From positions 1 to 42,431 of IMG/VR virus record IMGVR_UViG_3300011417_000007: DNA of 42,431 nt, one strand, 5' to 3'. Position 1 is the stretch's first letter; every line of letters starts with the position of its first letter. This stretch comes from a virus (taxonomy: Duplodnaviria; Caudoviricetes). The notes below the pieces were generated by a model. That model saw nothing but the letters and a program-made list of their open reading frames with translations. It made no database searches and had not been told where the DNA came from. Below are positions 1-6,388 of the stretch, piece after piece. The position numbers and the translations under genes were made by a program.

Positions 1-123
1 ACGGACTTGTAATCTGCGGCGGTATAGGTCATGAGGAGAGCGCCAGTTGAGTGACATACTCCCCGCACTCGTGGTCTGGAGCGACCGGGGGCCAGACAGA
101 GACAATAGACATCTCAGGCCTAC
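1..123. repeat. Terminal direct repeat, left copy (circular assembly overlap or terminal redundancy)
   Basis: Bases 1-123 are identical to 42309-42431, and ORFs read contiguously across the junction. Confidence 0.95.
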
Positions 124-229
124 CCGTGATGCGTGAAGGCTGTTGGACTGGGTAAGGCGTCGGCGGGTAGCGGCGGCAGATATTGTCAGGACCGCTGGAG
201 AAGTAAAAACGGCAGGAAGAGCAGGGCAT
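29..229 (-). CDS. Small Cys-rich phage protein (CxxC...CRRYPP...WP...CGE)
   Basis: 66 aa ORF with four Cys in a pattern typical of a small phage metal-binding family. Its stop overlaps the ATG (32 = 42340) of the next gene. Confidence 0.7.
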   Translation of the reverse strand: MPCSSCRFYFSSGPDNICRRYPPTPYPVQQPSRITGRPEMSIVSVWPPVAPDHECGEYVTQLALSS

Positions 230-438
230 TACATGGGCTCCTTTTTGGGAGGGAGAGAGACAAAACTACCTGGGGTAGTCACACGGATGCACTTGAAAGA
301 GCGATCCCTGCGATTGGGATAGAGCTTACCACCCGCCGAGTCGCACTCTTCTTGGGTGAAGAAGATCTCGCGGGAGTAGCCAGACCACTGATGGCCGGGC
401 TCCATGAAAATGAGGAGGACAAAGAAGATCTCAGGCAT
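229..438 (-). CDS. Hypothetical protein with hydrophobic N-terminus and two Cys
   Basis: 69 aa ORF overlapping both neighbours. N-terminus IFFVLLIF. Confidence 0.6.
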   Translation of the reverse strand: MPEIFFVLLIFMEPGHQWSGYSREIFFTQEECDSAGGKLYPNRRDRSFKCIRVTTPGSFVSLPPKKEPM

Positions 439-1096
439 ATTTTGTACACCTTAGAAGGATAGGTTGCAGCGGGGTGAACAAGCGGTCAGTTACCTCGCCC
501 ATCTGCTGCATGTGGGCAGTGTGACCTGCGGGCAAAGCATACCTGTTTATACGGAAGCCTGCGTCGTAGAGCAAGCCCACGAGTTCAGCGAAGGAGCTAA
601 CGTCGGCGTGCATCTCGTCTAACATTGCTTTGCGAGGGTAGGAGTGGTGGAGGGCAACAGGGATGATGACATCGCTGAGGCAGAGCTGCCCACCAGGAAC
701 CAGGACTCGGTGGGCTTCCTCGAGAGCTGCCTGTCGATTCATGTTGAGGAGTGCAGTGTTGAACATTACTGTGTCAAAGGACTCGCTAACGAACGGCATT
801 AGCTCTGCGTAGCCATGGATTTGCTTCAGCTCCGGCGGGCACTTGGAAAGTTGAAAGTCGCTGATGTTGAGGAGGGTGAAGTCGGCGCGTGCGCCTAGTT
901 GCTGCGCCATAAGGCGAGCTACCTCCCCGAACCCACAGCCAGCGTCCAGGACCTTACCATAGGGCTCGTAGAACTCAGTGAGTAGACGCACCTGCTCCAC
1001 GTCCTCCTCGGCCCATCGGTGGGTGTGCAGGAGACGGTAGCCTAGGTCCCACCCCTCGCGGGAGGCAAGGTCTAGCTGCTCGAGCCAGTTCACCAT
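431..1096 (-). CDS. Class I SAM-dependent methyltransferase (UbiE/Methyltransf_11-like)
   Basis: Motif I VLDAGCGFG, then AELMPFVSESFDTV and HRVLVPGG. Start refined to the ATG at 1096, which overlaps the upstream micro-ORF. Confidence 0.85.
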   Translation of the reverse strand: MVNWLEQLDLASREGWDLGYRLLHTHRWAEEDVEQVRLLTEFYEPYGKVLDAGCGFGEVARLMAQQLGARADFTLLNISDFQLSKCPPELKQIHGYAELMPFVSESFDTVMFNTALLNMNRQAALEEAHRVLVPGGQLCLSDVIIPVALHHSYPRKAMLDEMHADVSSFAELVGLLYDAGFRINRYALPAGHTAHMQQMGEVTDRLFTPLQPILLRCTKYA

Positions 1097-1185
1097 ATGA
1101 CTACTAGAATCAGGGCTATCCAGAACCAGACTCCTATGGCAACTCCCCACAGAATCCCGCGGGCTAAGACTAGGTCATCTTTCAT
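1090..1185 (-). CDS. 31-aa single-TM membrane peptide (MKDDLVLARGILWGVAIGVWFWIALILVVIW)
   Basis: Hand-translated. GAGGAG RBS, ATGA overlap with the upstream stop, and it fills the gap exactly. Confidence 0.7.
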   Translation of the reverse strand: MKDDLVLARGILWGVAIGVWFWIALILVVIW

Positions 1186-1469
1186 ACGGTTAACTCCTCA
1201 GGGACTGGAGGAGCCGGTAGCTCCTGCAGTGGTGGGCGAATCGGTTGGAGGCACTCGTCACGGACACACTCGGCGGGTGTCCCGCCAGGACAGAACAAAG
1301 GCATACTCTCGTCCTTAAACTCCCAATAAGGAGCTGCCGTTCCAGCGTGCAGGTGGTAGGGATGGACACAAACCTTTATGACTGTGAGAAAAACCCCCAG
1401 ATACTGAGTATCATTCGGGAGTAGAGCCTTTACAATGACTGCAAAATCCCCAGGTTTACAATTCATCAC
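1182..1469 (-). CDS. Hypothetical phage protein (MNCKPGD... family)
   Basis: 95 aa. The NCKPGDFAVIV start and DECLQPIRP end resemble small proteins of proteobacterial phages. Confidence 0.7.
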   Translation of the reverse strand: MMNCKPGDFAVIVKALLPNDTQYLGVFLTVIKVCVHPYHLHAGTAAPYWEFKDESMPLFCPGGTPAECVRDECLQPIRPPLQELPAPPVPEELTV

Positions 1470-1630
1470 CCCCTCCAGTCGTTAAAGGGTTGCTTCGGGC
1501 GTGGAATCACCCAGCCGAGCTTCTCATAATCCTGGCGAAGGGTCCGCGCAGTCCTCCGCACCGCCCTGGCCCAAGAGACATGTCCCTTGAACCAAGCGTC
1601 GAAGAACAGGCGGGCGGATTCTTCTGTCAT
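1466..1630 (-). CDS. Hypothetical 54-aa protein (MTEESARLFFDAWFKG...)
   Basis: Hand-translated ORF below the track cutoff. It fills the gap between neighbours with overlapping stop/start. Confidence 0.6.
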   Translation of the reverse strand: MTEESARLFFDAWFKGHVSWARAVRRTARTLRQDYEKLGWVIPRPKQPFNDWRG

Positions 1631-1631
1631 G

Positions 1632-2057
1632 TTAGAAGGTCTTGGATATAGTGAAGTGAACGAGGCCTGAGTTGTTCTTGGTCTTCGGGCCGAAGGTGGC
1701 GTTCAGGCGGAATCCCTCGACGGCGGGTGAATGGAGGACTAGACCAGCGATCGGAGCGACTGCGCCTAAGCGGTACCCAGTAGCGCCGCCCGCGACTACT
1801 CCACCTTCAAACCCCCAGAACAGCGGGGTGTGAAGCTCGATAGCTCCGTAGAAACTCTGCCTGGACCAGCTCCGATTGTCCTCAGTGCTTGGTCGTGGTG
1901 TCTGGGAGTTGCGAAAGTACCCCGCTCCAATTGTCACATGCGAATTCAGGGAGCACGTCGCTCCAATACCTGGGTTGAAGTTCTGATTGTCCGCTTGGGG
2001 GAAGTGTAGGGTCCCCAGATGTAGGACTATTGCTGTGGCTTTGCAGAGGGTCAGCAT
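1632..2057 (-). CDS. Putative outer-membrane beta-barrel protein, PagP-like
   Basis: Alternating beta-strand pattern, H..NxNPGIG..GYFRNS motif, C-terminal Phe (FTISKTF), AGGAG RBS. Confidence 0.6.
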   Translation of the reverse strand: MLTLCKATAIVLHLGTLHFPQADNQNFNPGIGATCSLNSHVTIGAGYFRNSQTPRPSTEDNRSWSRQSFYGAIELHTPLFWGFEGGVVAGGATGYRLGAVAPIAGLVLHSPAVEGFRLNATFGPKTKNNSGLVHFTISKTF

Positions 2058-2214
2058 CTTTAATCTCCTGAGTGGGTGGGAAGAGTGTGTCTACTTGCTT
2101 GAGAAGCTCGGTACGTCGTCTGAGATCGTACAGAGTGGTGAGGTCAGCGACTCGAATGAAGCCTGTGAGGCTACCTAAGAGGCTGTACAACTCGAGAGTG
2201 GTGGGCGCTTTCAT
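1882..2214 (-). CDS. Hypothetical protein
   Basis: The start is coupled to the DUF1937 stop (TAATG). The 3' part overlaps the downstream gene in another frame. Confidence 0.45.
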   Translation of the reverse strand: MKAPTTLELYSLLGSLTGFIRVADLTTLYDLRRRTELLKQVDTLFPPTQEIKDADPLQSHSNSPTSGDPTLPPSGQSELQPRYWSDVLPEFACDNWSGVLSQLPDTTTKH

Positions 2215-2642
2215 TAATCCTCCTGATTGTCACGGATTAGCTTGAACGCAGGCAAGCGGTTTTCGATCTTGAAGCCAAACTCGCCCATGATGTCGTAGCC
2301 TGAGACATCTTCAGCCTCTTTCCCGAAGGCATAGCCCTGGATGGGCCTCCCGAGGGCGATTGCGTTAGTAATCAGGACGCCGACTTCCTCGCAATTCCAA
2401 CCTGGGATCGTGAGGACGTAGCAGCGATGGCACTGGTGGAGCATGTTGAGGGACAGTCGCGACCAAATCGTAGGGCTGTAGGTCACATCAGCCTTCTGCT
2501 GCATCCAGTGGAGGTAGACCACAGGCGAATAGACGGGTTCTCCAGCTTCCATGAGGGCTGAGGCAGCGCGTAACGCACACCAGGCCCTGTCATTCCTCAC
2601 ATGGAGGGACTTGTCAGCGTACGGACTGATCAGAAAGATCAT
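2214..2642 (-). CDS. DUF1937-family / nucleoside 2-deoxyribosyltransferase-like protein
   Basis: IFLISPY..R...A.ALM..GEPVYSPV..H and VLTIPGW motifs are characteristic of DUF1937. Confidence 0.75.
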   Translation of the reverse strand: MIFLISPYADKSLHVRNDRAWCALRAASALMEAGEPVYSPVVYLHWMQQKADVTYSPTIWSRLSLNMLHQCHRCYVLTIPGWNCEEVGVLITNAIALGRPIQGYAFGKEAEDVSGYDIMGEFGFKIENRLPAFKLIRDNQED

Positions 2643-2863
2643 CGTTCGACCTCTTGACCTTTCCGTGTCCGCTGCGCGCCGATCTGATCCAGGCGGGCGA
2701 ATTGCTCCCGGATCGCCATCTCGATGAAGTGAGAGATAGCCCCAGGCCTGAACCCATAGGCATGGTCTGCGCTCGCGAACTCAATCCTTAGCCTTGCGAC
2801 TAATTCCTGGGGCAGTGCGATGTGGAGCTTGATCTTTGGGTGTGGAGCCTTTGGCTTGGGCAC
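2639..2863 (-). CDS. Putative ribbon-helix-helix DNA-binding protein
   Basis: GTG start after AGGAG. KIKLHIALPQELVARL...ISHFIEMAIREQF fits the RHH strand-helix-helix pattern. Confidence 0.6.
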   Translation of the reverse strand: MPKPKAPHPKIKLHIALPQELVARLRIEFASADHAYGFRPGAISHFIEMAIREQFARLDQIGAQRTRKGQEVER

Positions 2864-2990
2864 GATTTCTCCTGATAATGATCTGCTGCGTTTCGTAATA
2901 GTTGAAAATGGCGCGCTGGCAAGTGTTAACTTCCTCCCAGAGGCCAATTTCTTCCTGGTTGCATGTCGGGTCGATGATTGACTTGCTCAT
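2781..2990 (-). CDS. Hypothetical protein
   Basis: 69 aa, ATGA-coupled to the upstream micro-ORF. Confidence 0.45.
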   Translation of the reverse strand: MSKSIIDPTCNQEEIGLWEEVNTCQRAIFNYYETQQIIIRRNRAQAKGSTPKDQAPHRTAPGISRKAKD

Positions 2991-3049
2991 TTCAGCACCA
3001 AGTCGATGAGAACAAAGATGACGATAGCCGCAAGAATCGCGGCTATCAT
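2987..3049 (-). CDS. 20-aa hydrophobic micro-peptide (MIAAILAAIVIFVLIDLVLK)
   Basis: ATGA overlaps at both ends with the flanking ORFs, and it fills the gap exactly. Confidence 0.55.
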   Translation of the reverse strand: MIAAILAAIVIFVLIDLVLK

Positions 3050-3330
3050 CTGACCCTCGTGATCTTCATCGGCACACGAGCGCTTTGTGTGTAAGCGATG
3101 AGCTTGAACACGCCGTACTCCTTGCCGAATTTGTTGATCGCCCACTCGGCGGCAGCAATAGCCTGCTTCTCGGTGGGCCAGATGCCGATGGACTGGGACT
3201 GCCCGCCCAGTGATATGTCCGGGTAGAACTGACCACGGTCGGAGGGCGTGGTCTGGTAATGATCCATCCTGATCACGATCCAGGCACCCGCCATTCTGCG
3301 AGTCTTGAGGAAAGGTAACTTCGTAGCCAT
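3046..3330 (-). CDS. Hypothetical protein
   Basis: 94 aa, coupled start (TAATG), RBS-like GGAG upstream. Confidence 0.65.
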   Translation of the reverse strand: MATKLPFLKTRRMAGAWIVIRMDHYQTTPSDRGQFYPDISLGGQSQSIGIWPTEKQAIAAAEWAINKFGKEYGVFKLIAYTQSARVPMKITRVR

Positions 3331-3677
3331 TATTCCTGCTCCTTATACGTTTCAAGTTCACTGCAATCGGCACAGTAATCGACCCGGTGATCCAAGTATT
3401 TCTTGATTCGCGGGAGGGACTGTGTGTAAGGTGGGACTGACAGCTTGACGCTATGCGTGTCAGTCGTGCGGCGATGGCGGCGCTCTTCGAATAGTCCCTC
3501 GAATTCGCTGTGGACACCATTACAGCGCCCACAAGTCACTCGATTGAAGAGGGCGAACACCTGAGCCGCGGTGTAATCAGACTCGATGAAGACGCGGGCA
3601 GGAGTAATAGCACCCGTCGTCTTGGCTTTCTTGACATCAGCCTTAGCCTCGGCCAGCAATTCGTCGAAGATGTCCAT
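3330..3677 (-). CDS. Hypothetical zinc-finger protein (two CxxC)
   Basis: CGRC and CADC pairs, 115 aa. Confidence 0.7.
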   Translation of the reverse strand: MDIFDELLAEAKADVKKAKTTGAITPARVFIESDYTAAQVFALFNRVTCGRCNGVHSEFEGLFEERRHRRTTDTHSVKLSVPPYTQSLPRIKKYLDHRVDYCADCSELETYKEQE

Positions 3678-3905
3678 TTATCTGGACCTTGCGTCTGGGT
3701 TCAGACCCACATGGGACTTGCCCAGGCGTTTCTTGAACGCTGCCTTGGCCAATTTGGTCCCTGCAGGATTCGGCGGACCATACTTCTTACGCAATTGCTT
3801 GCGCAGTCGGTTCGCCCTACGATTGCCAAACTCTTTTTGTCCGAAAGTCATTGGCACGAATTGCAAGATCTGTGCCCAGACACTCTGGAATGGTGTCATT
3901 TTCAT
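3678..3905 (-). CDS. Hypothetical basic protein, first gene after early promoter P1
   Basis: 75 aa, K/R-rich, AGGAGG RBS. Confidence 0.65.
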   Translation of the reverse strand: MKMTPFQSVWAQILQFVPMTFGQKEFGNRRANRLRKQLRKKYGPPNPAGTKLAKAAFKKRLGKSHVGLNPDARSR

Positions 3906-3923
3906 CCAGGCCTCCTGTTTCAG

Positions 3924-3941
3924 TGTGGCACAATTGCCACA
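3924..3941. promoter_or_regulatory. Palindromic operator-like site TGTGGCA-caat-TGCCACA at the predicted transcription start of P1
   Basis: Perfect 7-bp inverted repeat immediately downstream of the -10 element. Confidence 0.5.
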
Positions 3942-3946
3942 TCGTT

Positions 3947-3975
3947 ATTGTCCCACAAATGGAACATCGTGTCAA
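3947..3975 (-). promoter_or_regulatory. Sigma70-type early promoter P1 (TTGACA-17 bp-GACAAT, extended TG)
   Basis: Perfect -35 and 17-bp spacer, upstream of the long early operon. Confidence 0.7.
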
Positions 3976-3987
3976 TGCCCTGCGCCT

Positions 3988-3999
3988 ACCGTTCGTCGG
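3988..3999 (+). promoter_or_regulatory. AlgR-box-like site ACCGTTCGTCGG (copy 1)
   Basis: Contains the AlgR consensus ACCGTTCGTC and lies 12 bp upstream of the P1 -35. An identical copy is at 4756. Confidence 0.65.
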
Positions 4000-4011
4000 A
4001 ACTGTGATCCA

Positions 4012-4048
4012 GAAAAAAAGGGCCAGTGACTCACGCCAGCTGGCCCTA
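4012..4048 (-). terminator. Rho-independent terminator
   Basis: AGGGCCAG...CTGGCCCT stem followed by a T-run on the minus strand, just after the 4082 stop. Confidence 0.7.
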
Positions 4049-4081
4049 AGGGAGGTCGAGGAGACCAACCCAGGAGGATCG

Positions 4082-4633
4082 TTACGACAGGAAGCTGTTG
4101 AGGGCCTCGTTCGGGTCGATGCCGTCTTTCGCCGGCTTCTTCGCATCGCGGGCAGCCTTGATCTCGGCGATGGCTTGCGCGATTTTCGGTTGCTTGGCCA
4201 TTGCAGCTTTGGTCTTCGCATCCAGAGCGCCAAGACGGGTCTTGACTTCTTCGATGGTCTTCCCAGTCACTGCAACCAGGGCGCGAGCCAGGAGGGAAGT
4301 TCCCGCCAGTCCGTCGCTCGAACGCTTCTCGCTCCACTCACCGCGGGCGATACGCGCAGACATGTCTTCGAAGGCCTGAATGCAATCTTCCACATCATCC
4401 AGCCCCGCGAACTCGTCACCGAATTTCTGATCAGCACCATGCAGCGCAAGGCGCGCTACCATCGCGTCGTCAGCGGCTGTCGCATGCGTGCGAACTGCAC
4501 CATTGCGAAAGACGAACTTGGTGACTATATCCCCAGTGTTGCTGTCAATGTACGACTGCTTCTTGACCTTCATCTTCTCAGTGAATTCGACGACTGAGCC
4601 GTCTTCCATTTGTACAGCGGTTGTTTCAGACAT
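4082..4633 (-). CDS. Hypothetical early protein, monocistronic between promoter P2 and a terminator
   Basis: 183 aa from MSETTAVQ (AAGGGG RBS). Codon usage resembles highly expressed genes. Similar to 5586-6032. Confidence 0.8.
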   Translation of the reverse strand: MSETTAVQMEDGSVVEFTEKMKVKKQSYIDSNTGDIVTKFVFRNGAVRTHATAADDAMVARLALHGADQKFGDEFAGLDDVEDCIQAFEDMSARIARGEWSEKRSSDGLAGTSLLARALVAVTGKTIEEVKTRLGALDAKTKAAMAKQPKIAQAIAEIKAARDAKKPAKDGIDPNEALNSFLS

Positions 4634-4704
4634 TTTGGAAATTACCCCTTTCGAAAGGATTAAGGTTGGCGGATCGCAGAAACTGTTTCCGAATCCGTGG
4701 CGCA

Positions 4705-4733
4705 ATTATGGGCGCGCGATTCCCAGGTGTCAA
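4705..4733 (-). promoter_or_regulatory. Sigma70-type early promoter P2 (TTGACA-17 bp-CATAAT)
   Basis: Near-consensus hexamers with a 17-bp spacer in the intergenic gap. Confidence 0.75.
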
Positions 4734-4755
4734 GCGCTTTGCGGCTGCTGTGCCG

Positions 4756-4767
4756 ACCGTTCGTCGG
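4756..4767 (+). promoter_or_regulatory. AlgR-box-like site ACCGTTCGTCGG (copy 2)
   Basis: Identical to 3988-3999 and lies 22 bp upstream of the P2 -35. Confidence 0.65.
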
Positions 4768-4789
4768 GTCGATGTATGGCACACTGTGG

Positions 4790-5275
4790 TCATTTCGCTC
4801 CATAAGCCCTCGTCCGCGCGACCAAAGCCTCGGCCTCTTCCTTGGTCATGCCTGGGGACATCTTGTGAGCGGCAGCTTTGGCTTGGGCGGGCGGGATCAC
4901 AGGAGCCTGTTGCATGGACAAAGTCGCGGGCGATTCTCCATCTGCCCTTGACAGCACCACTTCAAACGTGTTCGCGAAGTCCTTGAACTTATTCTTCAGC
5001 ACCACATTCACGCCCTCGACCCTTGGAATCGCCAGATCGCAAGCCGCGTGAAGCTCCTGCAATTGATCGGGCACTGGTCCCTTCCCAGTCATCCGCGCCT
5101 CTCTCATCTCTTTGGAAACCGCTGAGAACAGCGCATAAAACCTGCTACAAAGGCTCTTCGCCAGTTGTTCGGTCGGGCACTTGATCGTCACCACTGCCAT
5201 TTCATCTGCGCCAATCTGCAGCACCGCATCCAGCATTTGCGGCGGGTATTTGGCACTTGTCTTCGCATAAGCCAT
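4790..5275 (-). CDS. Hypothetical early protein
   Basis: 161 aa, GGAG RBS. Confidence 0.75.
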   Translation of the reverse strand: MAYAKTSAKYPPQMLDAVLQIGADEMAVVTIKCPTEQLAKSLCSRFYALFSAVSKEMREARMTGKGPVPDQLQELHAACDLAIPRVEGVNVVLKNKFKDFANTFEVVLSRADGESPATLSMQQAPVIPPAQAKAAAHKMSPGMTKEEAEALVARTRAYGAK

Positions 5276-5371
5276 TCATCCACTCCCCAGCGCCATTCCG
5301 ACGCGATGCCACAGCATACCACAGGCTGCAATCGTTCGGGTTAATCGTGGACCAAGCAGAGGCTAATCCTG

Positions 5372-5512
5372 GACTAAGCCATGTGTCGCGATTTTGCCCT
5401 CAACACACCCTCCCACAGGGCTTTGTAAAGCTTAAAAAAAAAAATCTAGAAGGAATGATTCAACCATTTCGGGAAGCCGTTAGTGGGGATTTTGCTGGCA
5501 CATGGCTTAGTC
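5372..5512. repeat. 14-bp perfect inverted repeat flanking a central A11 tract (origin-like element)
   Basis: GACTAAGCCATGTG (5372-5385) and CACATGGCTTAGTC (5499-5512). AAGCTT-A11-TCTAGA sits at the centre. Confidence 0.65.
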
Positions 5513-5554
5513 TAAGGCTTAGCCAAGGACAGTCCTAGGGTTAGTCCTAACACA

Positions 5555-5584
5555 AGAAGGGAAAAGGGGCTTTCGCCCCTTCCC
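5555..5584 (-). terminator. Rho-independent terminator
   Basis: AAGGGGC-GAAA-GCCCCTT hairpin plus a T-rich tail directly after the 5586 stop. Confidence 0.75.
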
Positions 5585-5585
5585 A

Positions 5586-6032
5586 CTAGGCCAGGAAGTC
5601 CTCGGGTTCCTCGTCTTCAAGATGCTCCGTGACTCGCTCGTCGCGGTATAGCTTGGCGATTTGACCCGCCGTGAGAGTCTTGAATTGTGCGCGCTTCTCG
5701 GGCGAATCGACAATCAAGCCTCCCGCGACACACGCGCGGAATAGTGCTGCGTGTTGACCGAGCCCGCCGGATGACTGGCGCTGCCCGTATGTCCCATCGA
5801 CCAGGGACTCGGCGCGCTTCGCCATTTTGGCAATGCGCTCGCTCATCGGGACATTAACGCCCACCGCGCCACCGTCGCTGATGATCTGCTTCACGCCATA
5901 CGCGAAGACCGCATCGCGCACCGCGTTAGAAACAGACGACGTGTCGAAAGCGAACGCAACGGACTGGTCCGCGCGGTTCACCCATTGCAGCTTCGTACCG
6001 ACCGGCACGATTGATAGAGATTGTTTCATCAT
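5586..6032 (-). CDS. Hypothetical early protein, first gene of the early arm; distant paralogue of 4082-4633
   Basis: 148 aa from MMKQSL with a strong AGGAGGT RBS. Confidence 0.75.
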   Translation of the reverse strand: MMKQSLSIVPVGTKLQWVNRADQSVAFAFDTSSVSNAVRDAVFAYGVKQIISDGGAVGVNVPMSERIAKMAKRAESLVDGTYGQRQSSGGLGQHAALFRACVAGGLIVDSPEKRAQFKTLTAGQIAKLYRDERVTEHLEDEEPEDFLA

Positions 6033-6337
6033 ACCTCCTGTTGTAGGGCAGGCACAATCGCCCGCCGCATATGAACAGTATCGGCTTATTATCCGCGCAG
6101 GTATATACCGCATACACGCTATTGCATGCTGCAGCACACCATGCTACACTTGTGATAGAAGTGGGCACCTATGCCTTAAAAAGGCACCGGGGGGTACCTT
6201 CCCGACCTGGAGTCCCGCGCCGAGTCGACCTTTAGGTCGATCTAACTGACCCGCAATCTGGCTGAAAAGTCACTCTGTGGCACATTAACGAAAAGGTAGG
6301 AGTGCCATAGGTCGGCGGGCTGCTGGAACCGCTCTTA

Positions 6338-6365
6338 TTGACCCGCGCCCGCCCGATGGTATGCT
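6338..6365 (+). promoter_or_regulatory. Putative promoter for the packaging/structural arm (TTGACC-16 bp-TATGCT, extended TG)
   Basis: Sigma70-like hexamers ending about 24 bp upstream of the terS ATG. Confidence 0.55.
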
Positions 6366-6388
6366 TACGCAGACAACTTGGAGCCTCC

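Noticed and set aside
2987-3532. 181-aa ORF as listed in the track
   Set aside because: It overlaps two better-supported genes. Only the last 20 codons have a coupled start and were kept.
5313-5344. Promoter for 4790-5275
   Set aside because: Only an extended -10 (TGG-TATGCT) is visible, with no properly spaced -35, which is too weak to call.
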